Shown here: positions 25,520-37,975 of the stretch, piece after piece
How positions within the stretch are numbered: position 1 is the stretch's first letter
Layout of the letters: each line of letters begins with the position of its first letter
Origin: Eledone cirrhosa
Lineage: Eukaryota
Assembly (NCBI GenBank): GCA_964016885.1
Contig: CAXHJY010000652.1
Span: 6,057 to 70,056, forward strand
DNA length: 64,000 nucleotides
Reading direction: 5' to 3'
Notes under the pieces: generated by a model
Told to the model about the DNA's origin: nothing
The model's input: only the letters and a program-made list of their open reading frames with translations
Databases searched by the model: none
Program-made: the position numbers and the translations under genes

Positions 25520-26400
25520 GTACTTATGGTATAACCCCGAATACAATAGCTCCATTAGTACAAATTTACCAGTACTCTTCTTTAAAATAATTAAAAGACA
25601 TTTTCCCACATCACACAAATACCACAAAATCCTAAACCCTACCACTATAAGACTGTCATACTCTACAGCGTTAAACCTTGAACAACACATAAAAAAGATC
25701 AATACTAGAAGGTTAAACGAAAACACTAAGAACTTAAGTACAAAGAACACAAAAAAAACAGTAGACAATACACTACAGAACATAAATAAACCACACCTAA
25801 GTTCGTCCGCAATACTACTCCAGAGAAAACCCAACGTACACAACTGTAACTGCACCTATCCTGACAACTGCCCCCTCGGCAATAACTGCCTGGAAAAAAA
25901 TATTATTTATAAGTGTACCATTAAATCCGGAGGCAACGAGTGGTATTACGTGGGATCAACAGCAACATCGTTTAAATCTCGATTGTATAGGCATTCTTAC
26001 TCAATAAAACACCAGAGCCAAAGAAATGTAACAACTTTAGCAGAAAAAGCTTGGACGCTCAGGGATAGCGATCAAAAGTTTACCCTAAAATGGGAAAAAT
26101 TAGCTAAAACCCAAAGCTTTTCCAGGAGCCAAAATTTCTGCAAATTGTGTAATCTTGAGATTTATTACATAATCACACACAAGAAGAAACTGCTGAATAA
26201 CAGAATTGAACGAACATTATTCTGCCGTCACAGAACTAAAACCCTTTTTTCCCACTACAAGCCGAATATTACATAAAAGAGGGACATCCCCCAACTATAT
26301 AAACCTTAATCTAGTTAGAAAAATATAAAAACAATCTCTTCTCAACATATATTAATAACCTTAAATTACCACACTAATAATGGAAAGATATGCTGATGAG
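25520..26400 (+). mobile_element. Penelope-like element 3' fragment (probably Naiad-type), GIY-YIG endonuclease
   Basis: WYNPEYNSSISTN..HFPTSHKYHKI, CNCTYPDNCPLGNNC, NIIYKC..YYVGSTATSFKSRL, CKLCNLE; homologous to the 43085-43940 fragment. Confidence 0.8.
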
Positions 26401-26545
26401 AATAGGTGCAAATATGCGATAATGAATGTGTCTAAAAACGTCCATAAGTATGTATATATATGTGAAAATGTATATAAATAAGTAAATATATATATATGTT
26501 TGATGTGTATAGTTAGATGTAAGTGTATTCATGTATTAAAGTGCT

Positions 26546-26629
<84 letters not shown>

Positions 26630-26677
26630 GAAAGAATTCTAAAGGAGATATCATCGAAATTATCAACACTTATCACG

Positions 26678-27943
26678 ATGATGGACACACAATCCTCTAT
26701 TTTAAAGGAAATAGAAAAACAATCTACAGACGGAAAACTTATAACTGAACATATAAACTCTGAAATTAAGAATTTAGCTGAAATTATACCAACAGTTATC
26801 AAAGATACAAGAGAAAGCCTACCACAACCCCCTTGGATGTCAGAAATAAACGAAAGAAATTTGGAAAACAAAACACATCGAATAAGAAAAGAAATGTGGA
26901 AGACATGGAAAAAATTCCTTAACATAAGAAAACAAAATTTCTGGAAAGCATACAGATGCGAAAAATATGTCGAAACACATTCGAAATGGCTCTCTCTAAC
27001 GGCACCCATACTCCCTCGTAAATACCTAATTACAGAAATTGCAGGAGAACCAGAAGAAGAAACAAAACTCCGATGGGAACTTACATTGACAAAATTCAGG
27101 ACCGACATCTCCATTTCTGAATGTAAACAATCCCGCTACAAAGCCAAATATGAAGCTATTGATGACCAAATTGAAGTTGAAATTTCAAAGCTAACGACTG
27201 GTATTATAGCTGAAAAACTACGAGAACTATGGATCGGAGATATCTCAAAAGAAGAAAACAAATCAAGAAAGGTATGGCAGCAGAAACAATTATTTCTCGA
27301 TGAATATGCTGCAAATTACGGTAAAGACTCTGGAACCCTGAGAAAAAGCATTAAAAGTGGACAATCTCATCAACACAACATACGCCAGAACACGTGCCAA
27401 CACAAACACTCACCTTACCTTGAATCAAAGAAGAACTACGGTAATAACTCTTCGCTTTTTCTACAAAAACACCCTATCGCACACAACATGAACAAAAAGC
27501 ACAAACACGATAGGTATTCCTTTGACCAGACCATGAGAAGTAGTAAAACCAGGAGATCATTCTCAAGATCTCAACAGAGACTACCAACAAGGAATGTGGA
27601 AACAAAACGTAGAATAACCAGATCACTCTCAAGATCTCAACAGAGATTGCCCACAAGAAACTGGACGAAAAAACGATCTAAACCTGAAAGCAAACCTAGG
27701 TCATTTTCCCAGATTGTTAAAAATAATGCTAACAGGAAGAAAAATAATATACAGAATACCAAAAATAGGACAAAATACATAACGAAACCAAATATAATAT
27801 CACGACCAAAAGTTCATCAAGCGAACACCAACAGGAATATAAATCCTGAACAGAGAAAAATTCATTTTTTAACGTCAGGACAACAAAAACCGGAAAAAGA
27901 AAAACTCCAGGAGGAAACATACCCAAAACAGCTGTACACGTAG
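26678..27943 (+). CDS. PLE upstream ORF (helical N-half, basic Arg/Lys/Ser-rich C-half), probably 5'-truncated
   Basis: 421 aa open frame that stays open back to the TA junction; internal repeat S.SRSQQRLPTRN twice; overlaps the RT frame. Confidence 0.7.
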   Translation: MMDTQSSILKEIEKQSTDGKLITEHINSEIKNLAEIIPTVIKDTRESLPQPPWMSEINERNLENKTHRIRKEMWKTWKKFLNIRKQNFWKAYRCEKYVETHSKWLSLTAPILPRKYLITEIAGEPEEETKLRWELTLTKFRTDISISECKQSRYKAKYEAIDDQIEVEISKLTTGIIAEKLRELWIGDISKEENKSRKVWQQKQLFLDEYAANYGKDSGTLRKSIKSGQSHQHNIRQNTCQHKHSPYLESKKNYGNNSSLFLQKHPIAHNMNKKHKHDRYSFDQTMRSSKTRRSFSRSQQRLPTRNVETKRRITRSLSRSQQRLPTRNWTKKRSKPESKPRSFSQIVKNNANRKKNNIQNTKNRTKYITKPNIISRPKVHQANTNRNINPEQRKIHFLTSGQQKPEKEKLQEETYPKQLYT

Positions 27944-27990
27944 ATCCTAAAATAATTAATTTATCTAAAAGAGATCTTGACAATGATGAA

Positions 27991-30177
27991 ATGCAAATTC
28001 TGTCAAAAGGACTGAAATTCACACCGACTCCAACAGTCAACCACCAAGAACTGAAGGAGGATACCCAAGAATTCTGTCGAAAATTACGTCTTGTAGAATT
28101 CTTCGCTGATAAAAATAATGAGAGTGATGAATCACTAGTAAAGAATAAATCAAATTTCACTCCGCCAAAAGGAAGAAATATCTATCTCGACCAATACATT
28201 GACATCCTGTCTAAATTTCCTCTTAGACATAATACTAATGTTAGGCCAAACATTAATAAATCAGAAATGTCTGCACTTAAACGTATACAAAATGACAAAA
28301 CAATAATAATTAAACAAGCAGATAAAGGGGGTGCAGTTGTTATAATGGATACTGAATACTACAAGGATTTGGTTGAGGAACAACTGAAAGACACAACATT
28401 CTATCATGAAATACCGTCAAATATAGACCACAACATCATGAAGAAGATCAACAACCTGGCTTCAAAATACCACAACTCATTTACTGATAAGGAAAGAGAC
28501 TACATCACCAATTTTGAGCCGAAACCCAGCAACCTGTATGGCCTACCGAAAGTTCACAAGTCAAAAGAAATACAACTGGCAGTAAGAGAACAAAACAGTG
28601 AGTACATTAAATTATTACACCCAAAAGACTTAAAACTTAGACCTATTATAGCTGGTCCAACATGCCCCACTCACCGTCTAAGCAATTTTGTTGACATTAT
28701 TTTGAAACCACTATGTATTCACATACCCAGTTTCATCCGGGATGATATCGACTTCCTGTCCCATCTTCCCAAAACCACGGAAACGAATTCACTTCTACTC
28801 AGTTTTGATGTGGTAAGCCTTTACACCAACATTACACATGATTTAGGAATAAAGGCGGTTAAATACTGGGTGGAAAAACATAGAGAAGTGATTCCCATTA
28901 GATTCACAGCGCCATTTATATTAGACGCAGTTAAACTTATTCTGGAAAACAACACTTTCTTCTTCAATGGAAAGAATTACATCCAAATTAGAGGCACAGC
29001 GATGGGAACGAAGTTTGCTCCCGTTTACGCGAACTCTGTAATGGGATACTTAGAACAACAACTCTACCAAGAAATAGAGGAAAAATATAGTACTGACTTT
29101 AGAAAGTACATTGAAAAATCTTGGAAGAGATACCTTGACGACTGTTTCATCATCTGGACAGAATCTCTAGATACTCTGGATGAGTTCAATATCCTCCTGA
29201 ATAACCTACACCCATCTCTCCAATTCACAAAAGAGATGAGTAGGACCAAATTACCATTCCTAGATATAATGATAATCAAAAACGACACCACCATTACCAC
29301 GGATATATATTATAAACACACAGACACCCATCAATATCTGAATTTTAAGTCGTGCCATCCACCTCATACAAAACGCAACATCCCATACTGCCTAGCCAGA
29401 AGAATTTGTACCATTGTAGAAGATACGAATACCAGGTACAAACGCCTAACAGAACTAAGAGAATTTTTGCTCAAACAAAAATACCCATCTCTACTTATAG
29501 AAAATGGCATACAGCGGGCTATAAAAATACCTATACAACAACTTAGAACAACCCAAAGAAGAAGAAACCAAGAACTGGTCATACCATTTATAATGACACA
29601 CAACCCATGTCACCAGAATATCTTCAACACTGCCAAAGCAAACCTACCGATCATTGCTCAAAGTAATGAATTAAAAGGCTTAATCACAGATCGATCTTTG
29701 ACTCTTAGTAAAAGACAGCCAAAAAATTTGAAGCAATTGCTAACAAAAGCAAAGTTTGACCTTAACAACAAAGACCAATCATTCACTGTATCTAAATGCA
29801 ATGATAATCGATGCGGCACATGTCAATCCATACACGCCGGTCAATATATGAAAACAAAAACTGGAAAAATATTCACAAATGCAAATATGAACTGCAAAAG
29901 CAGAAATCTAATTTACTGCATTAAATGCCCGAATTGTGAAGAACTATATGTCGGTCAAACTGGAAATGCACTATCGGAACGTGCACGGGTACACCGTCAA
30001 CAAATCAGAGACCCAAATGTCCGTCAGATACCCCTAAGCGGCCACCTGGCAACATGTGGTCAGGGAATATTTATAATATTCCCATTCTACAAATTACACA
30101 GCCCAAGTGAAATCAAGAGAAAAATCAAAGAAAAGAATTTTATTGATAAATTCAAACCCAAGCTAAATGAACAATAA
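27991..30177 (+). CDS. PLE reverse transcriptase plus GIY-YIG endonuclease, intact
   Basis: ADKGGAVVIM, YGLPKVHK, LRPII, SFDVVSLYTNI, GTAMGT, RYLDDCF, LPFLD, CNDNRCGTC linker, NLIYCIKC..C..LYVGQT, ERARVH. Frame is open from 27850 and includes IINLS upstream of the ATG. Confidence 0.95.
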   Translation: MQILSKGLKFTPTPTVNHQELKEDTQEFCRKLRLVEFFADKNNESDESLVKNKSNFTPPKGRNIYLDQYIDILSKFPLRHNTNVRPNINKSEMSALKRIQNDKTIIIKQADKGGAVVIMDTEYYKDLVEEQLKDTTFYHEIPSNIDHNIMKKINNLASKYHNSFTDKERDYITNFEPKPSNLYGLPKVHKSKEIQLAVREQNSEYIKLLHPKDLKLRPIIAGPTCPTHRLSNFVDIILKPLCIHIPSFIRDDIDFLSHLPKTTETNSLLLSFDVVSLYTNITHDLGIKAVKYWVEKHREVIPIRFTAPFILDAVKLILENNTFFFNGKNYIQIRGTAMGTKFAPVYANSVMGYLEQQLYQEIEEKYSTDFRKYIEKSWKRYLDDCFIIWTESLDTLDEFNILLNNLHPSLQFTKEMSRTKLPFLDIMIIKNDTTITTDIYYKHTDTHQYLNFKSCHPPHTKRNIPYCLARRICTIVEDTNTRYKRLTELREFLLKQKYPSLLIENGIQRAIKIPIQQLRTTQRRRNQELVIPFIMTHNPCHQNIFNTAKANLPIIAQSNELKGLITDRSLTLSKRQPKNLKQLLTKAKFDLNNKDQSFTVSKCNDNRCGTCQSIHAGQYMKTKTGKIFTNANMNCKSRNLIYCIKCPNCEELYVGQTGNALSERARVHRQQIRDPNVRQIPLSGHLATCGQGIFIIFPFYKLHSPSEIKRKIKEKNFIDKFKPKLNEQ

Positions 30178-30555
30178 TAACGCCTAGGGGTATTACTTCT
30201 ACTACCACTATGACCACGACCACTAACAACAACAACAACAACAACAATAATAATAATAATAAAAGTGATGTTGATGGTGATGATTAATAGAAAATGCTAT
30301 TTTCATCATTTCAAAAAAGCAAAACAATTGATACGTTGGATATGACTATTGGTCGTTAGCATGCTCAACCAGCCGTGACGCTTAAACCAATCAGCTGTAG
30401 TAATTCAGTGAAACTACACACTGATTGGTCGAAATACAGTTTACAGGGCTTTGCATTCTGGAGCCACTTTTCTCTGTATAAAATGTATAAAAGGTAGGAA
30501 ATTTACCCATCTCATTACAGTTGAAAATTGCAAACTCGACTGTCACCACATATCA

Positions 30556-30594
30556 TGAACCTGAAGATTGCGAAAGCATGAAAGTACTTGTTCA
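30556..30594 (+). ncRNA. Minimal type I hammerhead ribozyme in the PLE 3' region (pLTR)
   Basis: tgaac-CTGAAGA-t tgc gaaa gca t-GAAA-gtac-TT-gttca; palindromic stem III AGTACT. Confidence 0.85.
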
Positions 30595-30905
30595 ATTAAC
30601 ACTTAGAATTTAATATTCTATCATACTATTTCATTATAATACCATATTATATATATTTTAAAGGATTGTAAATAAAACGAGTAAATCAGACAAAGTTGGA
30701 ATTCCTCTTATTAATATATATATATATATATATGTATGTATATATATGTGTGTATGTATGTGTATATAGATGTGTATGTATGTGTATGTGTGTACACATG
30801 GACTAGAGTATGTATGTATATATGTGTGTGTCTATACGTGTGTATATAAAGATAAGTTGAGTATGAAAATGTATACACATGAGCGCGTATGTATGTACAT
30901 GAATA

Positions 30906-31468
30906 CATGTGTGTATATATATGTGTATGCATGTGTATATATATGTAAGTATGAATATGTGAATTGTAAGTATATGTATTTTGTAGAGGTGCGCAAATAT
31001 ATTTGTGTGTGAATGCGTGTGTGAAAGGATACTTACACTTGAAAGAAAAATTTAAGTCTGAATGTTAATTAAGTGCAAACACAAAACCAACCACGCATAT
31101 CTTTACTATCTCTAATCCTTCTATAGATTTAGAAAAATAACCAATAATATATTCTATAAAAAATGTCAAAACAACAGATGGGAATCTAATTACTCACTGC
31201 CACCAAGAATTCTCACTGCTATCGAAAAACCACTCCTTCAACTATTCTTCTAACAACTTCACCCCTCCCTCCTAATATTCTCTATAAAAACTAAATAGGT
31301 CCTCAGTAATATTATTCTGATGAAATGACAGTAAATAATAACATTGAAATATTGAATGTCTGCATAACTAAAAGTTTGTAGATAGCAGCTGTTTTAGGTT
31401 ACGTAACTGTTATAGAAACACGTGTCAATAAATTCCTTTCAACTAAACTGTATCCATTCAAATCTTTC
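30906..31468 (+). repeat. Right arm of the ~560-bp inverted repeat (pLTR-like)
   Basis: Reverse complement of 24954-25513. Confidence 0.9.
31312..31431 (+). ncRNA. Type I hammerhead ribozyme, long stem II
   Basis: ttatt-CTGATGA-[atgacagt...actgttat]-GAAA-cacgtg-TC-aataa; palindromic stem III ACACGTGT; GUC site. Confidence 0.78.
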
Positions 31469-31470
31469 TA

Positions 31471-31507
<37 letters not shown>

Positions 31508-31987
31508 CGTGTGACAAGAAGCTTGCTTCCCAACCACATGTTTCCAGGTTCCCACTGCCCGGGCCGACCGAAGCCCTGTGAGGGGATTTGATAGACCGAA
31601 ACTAAAAGAAGCCCGTCGTATATATGTCTGTGTGTGTCTTTGCGTTTGTGTTTGCCCTCCCACCAATGCTTGTAGGTTTGTTGAAGTCCCCGTAACTTAC
31701 TGAGGCGATGCTCCAGCATGGGCGTATTCCAAAGACAGAAAAAAAAAGTAAAGTGTATATTATGTGTGTAGAAGAGGGGTCTCAAACTCAAGGACACAAA
31801 AGGGCTATTAGGTCCTGGAGGAGAGGTACAATGGGCCAAACGTGGTGGTGGGTGATGATTTTCACTAGTTATAATCGTTTTTTCTATAAGCACAAAGCAT
31901 GAAATTTGGGGTTTAGGGTATAGTCGATTACATCGATCCCAGTTCACAACTGGTACTTAATTTATCGACCCCAAAAGGATGTGTAGC

Positions 31988-34008
31988 AAGCTACTTTCCT
32001 TTGGCCCATTTGTAAACTATACGTGCGTGATTTGGCTAAGTCAGGCCAATCGTGAGCCGCGCACGAATATATATTTCCAGCTTCCGCCAAAACAGATTTT
32101 CCCGCTTTCTTTCGATATACTATCTCTTGTTGCTTCAATTATGGAAAGGTAAACGCCATTTTTCTTTTGCCGTTCGGCCACTAGCCAATATGTAACGACA
32201 ACAACATAACTACGGCCTGGCCAGCACCCCAGCCTTAATTTGTTTATTCCTTTGCTTGGCATGCCAGCTCAACCTTTGTAATCGGTTTTTAAATAAATTA
32301 TGTAAAAATATTGTAAAGTCTTGTGATACTATTACCACAGCCATAGCCTTTAAATATGGTATGGAAAGATCATTTCCGGCGTTATTATCACTGCAACAAT
32401 AGAACTTGGGATTTACAGCTGAATCTCAAACAATAAAATACATCATTAACTTTGCCTTTCATCCTTACGAGGTCAATAAAATAAAGTACCAGTAATGTAC
32501 TGGGTAATTGCTGCCCTTGTGCCTAAAGTAGAAACAATTATTTTATATACTGCTAAAATGGTGACCCGCCGTGGGAATATTTCCGTACGAAATATTCCTC
32601 TGAAAAAAAATATATATATTAGCAGTATTTAAAAAAAAACAACACGCAACCTTTCTTATTCATATTGTATCGACACACCATTTAAAAACTTTCTTGTTGA
32701 AATTGTGCCAACATGGTATGGTGTTGCTTTCCTTCAATAAATTGATGAACCCGCCGTAGGAAATATTCCTTAAAAAAAAAAATTAGCAGTATTTCAAAAA
32801 ATTATAACACGAGAACATTTTTTTTTAATGGCTACCATAGCACCGCCAGCAGCCGCTATCGTGAACCACTAAACCAGCAGCAACAACACTGGTTAATCAC
32901 AACCATAAATCACACGGGAAAAATGTTTTCAAAACGACAACTTCGTGACCTTCAGCAGCAACTGACGCAACAGCACCAACAATGTGGCAGCGTTATAGTT
33001 ATACCGTTGTAACCACTACCTCTACGAATAGCAGGATCACAGCTAAAATTACGTCACCAACGACAACAGCTCTGGTACATTTACCACAACAACTACAGCT
33101 ACACAGCTCTGGTACAACATTTACCACAACAACTACACAGCTCTGGTAAAACATTTACCACAACAACTACAGCTACACAGCTCTGGTAAAACATTTACCA
33201 CAACAACCACAGCTACACAGCTCTGGTAAAACTCTATGAACAGCATCATCATTGACAATAACTACTGGTAAAACATTTACCATAACTAAGAATTAATGCA
33301 AGATCAACAACTTTAAAAACATTTGACAAATTTTTCGCTCATCTCAGACTTCATTCGTTTTCTATTAAGACCCCGGGTGGTCACGTTATAAATAGCAAAC
33401 AGCTAGTCAATTGACACAGCGGCTTACATAACACAGAGCTCGTTACCTTAGAGCCTCGTTCACAATTTTCTTCTTGCATTCATTCTTTCATTCATTTTTT
33501 TTTCATTGATGTGCTCTTTTACAGCGTTTTCATACTGGTGACCTATGCGAATTCCATTTTTTCTTATTTATCGCCCTTCTTGTTTAAACAAGCTACTTTC
33601 CTTTGGCGCATTTTTAAACTATTCGTGCGTGATTTGGCTAAGTCAGGCCAATCGTGACCCGCGCACGAATATATATTTCCAGCTTCCGCCAAAAACAGAG
33701 ATTTTCCCACTTTCTTTCGATATACTGTCTCTTGTTGCTTCAATTATGGAAAGGTAAGCACTATTTTTCTTTTGCCGTTCGACCACTAGCCAATATGTAA
33801 CGACAACAACATAACTACGGCCTGGCCAGCACCTTAGCCAGTCGACCGTACCTTCTAAACCCTTAATTTGTTTATTCCTTTGTTTGGCATGCCAGCTCAA
33901 CCTTTGTAATCGGTTTTTAAATAAATTATCTAAAAACATTGTAAAGCCATAGCCTTTAAATGATCCTTTCCAGAGTTATTATCACTGGGACTTACAGCCG
34001 AACCTCAA
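31988..34008 (+). repeat. ~430-bp direct repeat pair (31988-32428 and 33588-34008) with an internal minisatellite
   Basis: Both start caagctactttcctttggc and share gatttggctaagtcaggccaatcgtg; ~40-bp unit acagctctggtaaaacatttaccacaacaactacagct at 33066-33232. Confidence 0.85.
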
Positions 34009-34384
34009 TTCAACTAACATTGCCATATAACAAAACCGTTACATTTATTGATATAACCAAACCATACCTTTCCTGCTGTAACAAAATACATCATTATTAT
34101 TATTATTGCCGTTGATATTATTATTACATGGCATAATACTATTTTCTGCTACACTGGTGACTATTATTAAACTGGTATATTGGTGACCTCTGTTGATACA
34201 AATATCATTGTCATTATTTTATATCCTGCTAAAGATGAAAGGCAAAGTTGAGATCGGCGGAATTTGAACTCAGAACGTAAAAACGGAAGAAGTATCGCTA
34301 AGCATTTCGCCAGATGTGCTAACGATTTCATCAGCTCGCTGCCTTATTTTCACTGGTTATAATGCAATCTGGCGGAAATACTTC

Positions 34385-34427
<43 letters not shown>

Positions 34428-35649
34428 AAGTATAAAACAATCAAATCTTTATTTAATGCATTTAATTGCTGACGATCGTTTCTTCCAAACAACTGTTTGG
34501 AATCATCGGAGCATACACAATGTTTAAACAAGTAATTATATTCCTAGTCCTTAGAACATTCATAAAGATACATTATTATTATTAACATTGTCAATGATAT
34601 CACATTAAAAATCAAGAGTAACACTATGATATTACAGTGAAAGATATTGGGAGCTATAATAAAGAGGGTATTATTAAAAGTGAGAATATCAAGCTTAATT
34701 GCACAGAAAGTTAATAACAATACGCATAAAGGTAATACAGATGCAAAAAGGTAGCAAGCATATACATAATATTAGATTAAAAAGATATCAAAATATTGAA
34801 AGGTGTTATAAGAGGAGTATAATTAAAAGTGAAAATATGAAGCATATTACATACAGGATGTGCATAGTAACACGCATTAAGGTAAAACAGATACATAATG
34901 ATAGCATAGATATATCTATATCTATGATAGCGCTCGAAAGTCGTTGGAAAATCCCCGAGGAGGGGGAGGTTCTCCGAGGTGTGAACAGCAGCACCCCCTC
35001 CGTTTTCATGGAAAAAAGTTGATTGCAAGCATCTTAGGGGTTAAATTAGTTGACAGCACAAAAAAAACAAAACAGGAGAACTTTTTTTTTTCCTACTGGA
35101 ATCGAGTGTGGTGTTTTATCATACTGTATTACCAAAAGATCTATAGCAAGCATCTAAGAGGTCCAGAAAAAATCGAGGAAAGATAATTATTTCCCACCAA
35201 ACGTGAAAGATGTATAGTTCTGCGAAACTCCGATGGTTTTTTCGTCCCCTTTCACCCTACTTTTTCTACAAATCTAGTCAGTTACAACTGGTTTGGAAGT
35301 CCTATTCGTTGATGACACGTGAAAAGAAAATGTTTGGAAAACTCCGATGAGGAGGGAAGTGTTATCCGAGGGTGGGGCAACCCCATCCCCTCCGTTCTCC
35401 GGGAAAAACGTTGATTGCCAGGTTAGATTACAAAAGATTACAAAAAAGAAAAACAGTAAAAATATTTTTTCGATCTTGAAATCGAGTGATGTGTTCTGTA
35501 ATAATTGTTTCTACTTTTGGCACAAGGCCAGCAATTACCCAGTGCATTACTGGTACTTTATTTTATCGACCTCGTAAGGATGAAAGGCGAAGTTAACCTC
35601 AGCAGGATTTGAACTCAGATCATAAAGAGCTGTAACATAATGCTGCAAA

Positions 35650-37712
35650 GCATGGTGTCCGACCCACAAGGGCTGACAAGTAGGGGACAATACAAACACG
35701 GACAGTGGGGTTTACAATAAGCTCGAGTAAAAGTGCACAATGGCAAGACTAATTTAGATATGAAAATATAAAACTATGCATAAACATAATAAAATATATT
35801 CCCCAATAGGAGGTGAGGTGGATAACCCAGGGCGACTCTGGTACCCCACCAATCCTGAACCACCCGACGCTTCTAGGGCATCCAGGGAGGGCACCCCTAT
35901 CCTCCTCAAATTAACCAGCCTACAGGCGCATGGTCAGAGTAGGCCCACTCACATGGGCCATTCTCGCCACATTCACCCACCTTTTAGTAAATGTACTGGG
36001 GGACAGTACTTCTCTCTCCACCCTCACCTTCCTTTCCAAGTGTAACTTAAAGAAGTTGAATAGGGATTGGCCGAAGAGAAAAATGTTTGCCTTCAGTCCT
36101 TTCAACCTGGTCCACCATACAACCTCTTTCGCAACTGCCACCAGACAGAGGAAAATTGCCTGCCCTTCCTGGCCAAAAGAAGGCGGCGGATCGATCTTCA
36201 CTATAGACTCGGCCGATAGCCGGATCCATTCTAAACGCGACAACAGCTGTTCGACATAACTCCACAAGTCAGTAATGCACGGACATTGGACGAGTGCGTG
36301 CAAAGCTGTTTCGCCGCTCTGCGCGCATCTCGGGCGGGTCCGTCTAACAGCATCCCCGTGCCTGTAGAGTTTATCGCGAACAGATAGTCCCCCTCGGTAG
36401 CACTGCCAAGCGAGGGATTTCTGGAAGCTATCTATCGTCCCCGGCTTGAAAGTCCTCCCGAACAGACTGGTCAGTTCGACTTCGTCTACACCCAGAGCCT
36501 CCCCGAGTGCGTCGTCGCACTTGTCCGCCACTAATCCTCTATAGAACTCGAGAGTGGAAGTTCCACTGACCCCATTGCCCGCCTAGTAGAGGGCAGTGAG
36601 TGCCTGGCAACATTCCAGATGCCAGTCACCCAGTCTTGGTCTCTTCTTGATCCAGGACTGCAGCTCAGTCATCGAGACGAGCTGCAGAAAGGCTCATCTG
36701 ATAAATTGTGACCACACCTGTTCACCGTTTCGGCAGAATATCTGGAGATGCCGCAGCCTCATCGCATATCTGCGCAGCATTAGCCACGGCACGCCCAGCC
36801 CTCCGCGTAGAGGGTGCTGGCAGCAGATGGACCGCTTCAACAACGGGACCTGTCCCCTCCACAAGAATTTGAAGAAGAACCGTTCCAACTTGGTGATGCG
36901 CGGACGGGGGCAAGGTACGACGGTCAGGCTGTAGTAGATGATGGACGCGATGTACGTATTCGCCACCTCCATCCGACCTTTCAGTGATAGCTCCCTCGCT
37001 GCCCATTTCTGGGTGAGACTGGCTACCCTGCTCGTTCCCTCGTCCCAATTCTTATCCACCTGAAGGTCTGGTCTTTACCGATCCGCCCATCCAGTGCCCA
37101 ACGACGCTGTTGGACGCTGTCCGAGCTGCAAGCCCACCGACTTTTCCGGGTTAAGTTTCGCTCCTGTCAACCTTTTATATTCCTTCAATAAAGTGCCGAC
37201 CACCTCGATTTCCGAGGTGTCCGACACCCTCATGATGGGTGATGTCGTCCGCATAAGACGACACAGCCTTTCCGCGTCCCGGTTCGAGCAGGATGCTCTG
37301 CAACAGCTTCAGCTTCCGCAGTAAAGGCTCGAGAGTCAATATGTACAGAAGGGAAGAGCGAGAGCACCATTGACAGACCGATCGGGAGACCTGAAACGGT
37401 TCCGAGAGGTGGCAGTTAACCTTGACCACCAAGCAGATGCCGCTGTGCATTGCAGCGATCCAGCTTCTGAAGACAGGGCCGAAGCCAGCTGCCTTGAGGA
37501 CAGCCTCCAGGTACCGATGGTCGACCCTATCGAATGCTTTCAATTGATCAGAGCCCCACCGAAGCCAGGTTTACACCCTACCCTCTCTATGATGTATCGT
37601 ATGAGGTGGAAGTTGTCGTGTATGGACCTGGAGCGGATTGCGCAAGCTTGCGCCTCCCCAACCAACTCCTCGACGACAAACGCCAACGTCTTCGCTAACA
37701 CCTTACCCAAAA
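35650..37712 (-). mobile_element. Degenerate L1/Tx1-like LINE fragment (related to 5678-7342)
   Basis: [36 protein letters not shown] in broken minus-strand ORFs. Confidence 0.85.
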
Positions 37713-37934
37713 TATTGTTTCTACTTTAGGCACAAGGCCAGCAATTTGAAGGGGGAGGGGGAAAGTCGATTAAATCGCCCCCAGTGTATTACTGGTGCTT
37801 TGTTTTATCGACCCCGTAAGGATGAAAAGCAAAGTTAACCTCAGTGGGATGTGAACCCAGACCGTAAAGGGTCGTAACTCTATGCTGCAAAGCATGGTGT
37901 CTGACGCTCTACCGATTCTGCCAATCCACCGCCC

Positions 37935-37975
<41 letters not shown>

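Larger units (their letters stand above)
26629..30712 (+). mobile_element. Young Penelope-like retroelement (Neptune-like), 5'-truncated, inserted in (TA)n
   Basis: Two long uninterrupted ORFs, 3' region with hammerhead ribozyme and AATAAA; TA tracts on both sides. Confidence 0.9.

Noticed and set aside
26390-26420. CTGATGAG at the end of the Naiad-like fragment
   Set aside because: The downstream half of the ribozyme is not recognisable.
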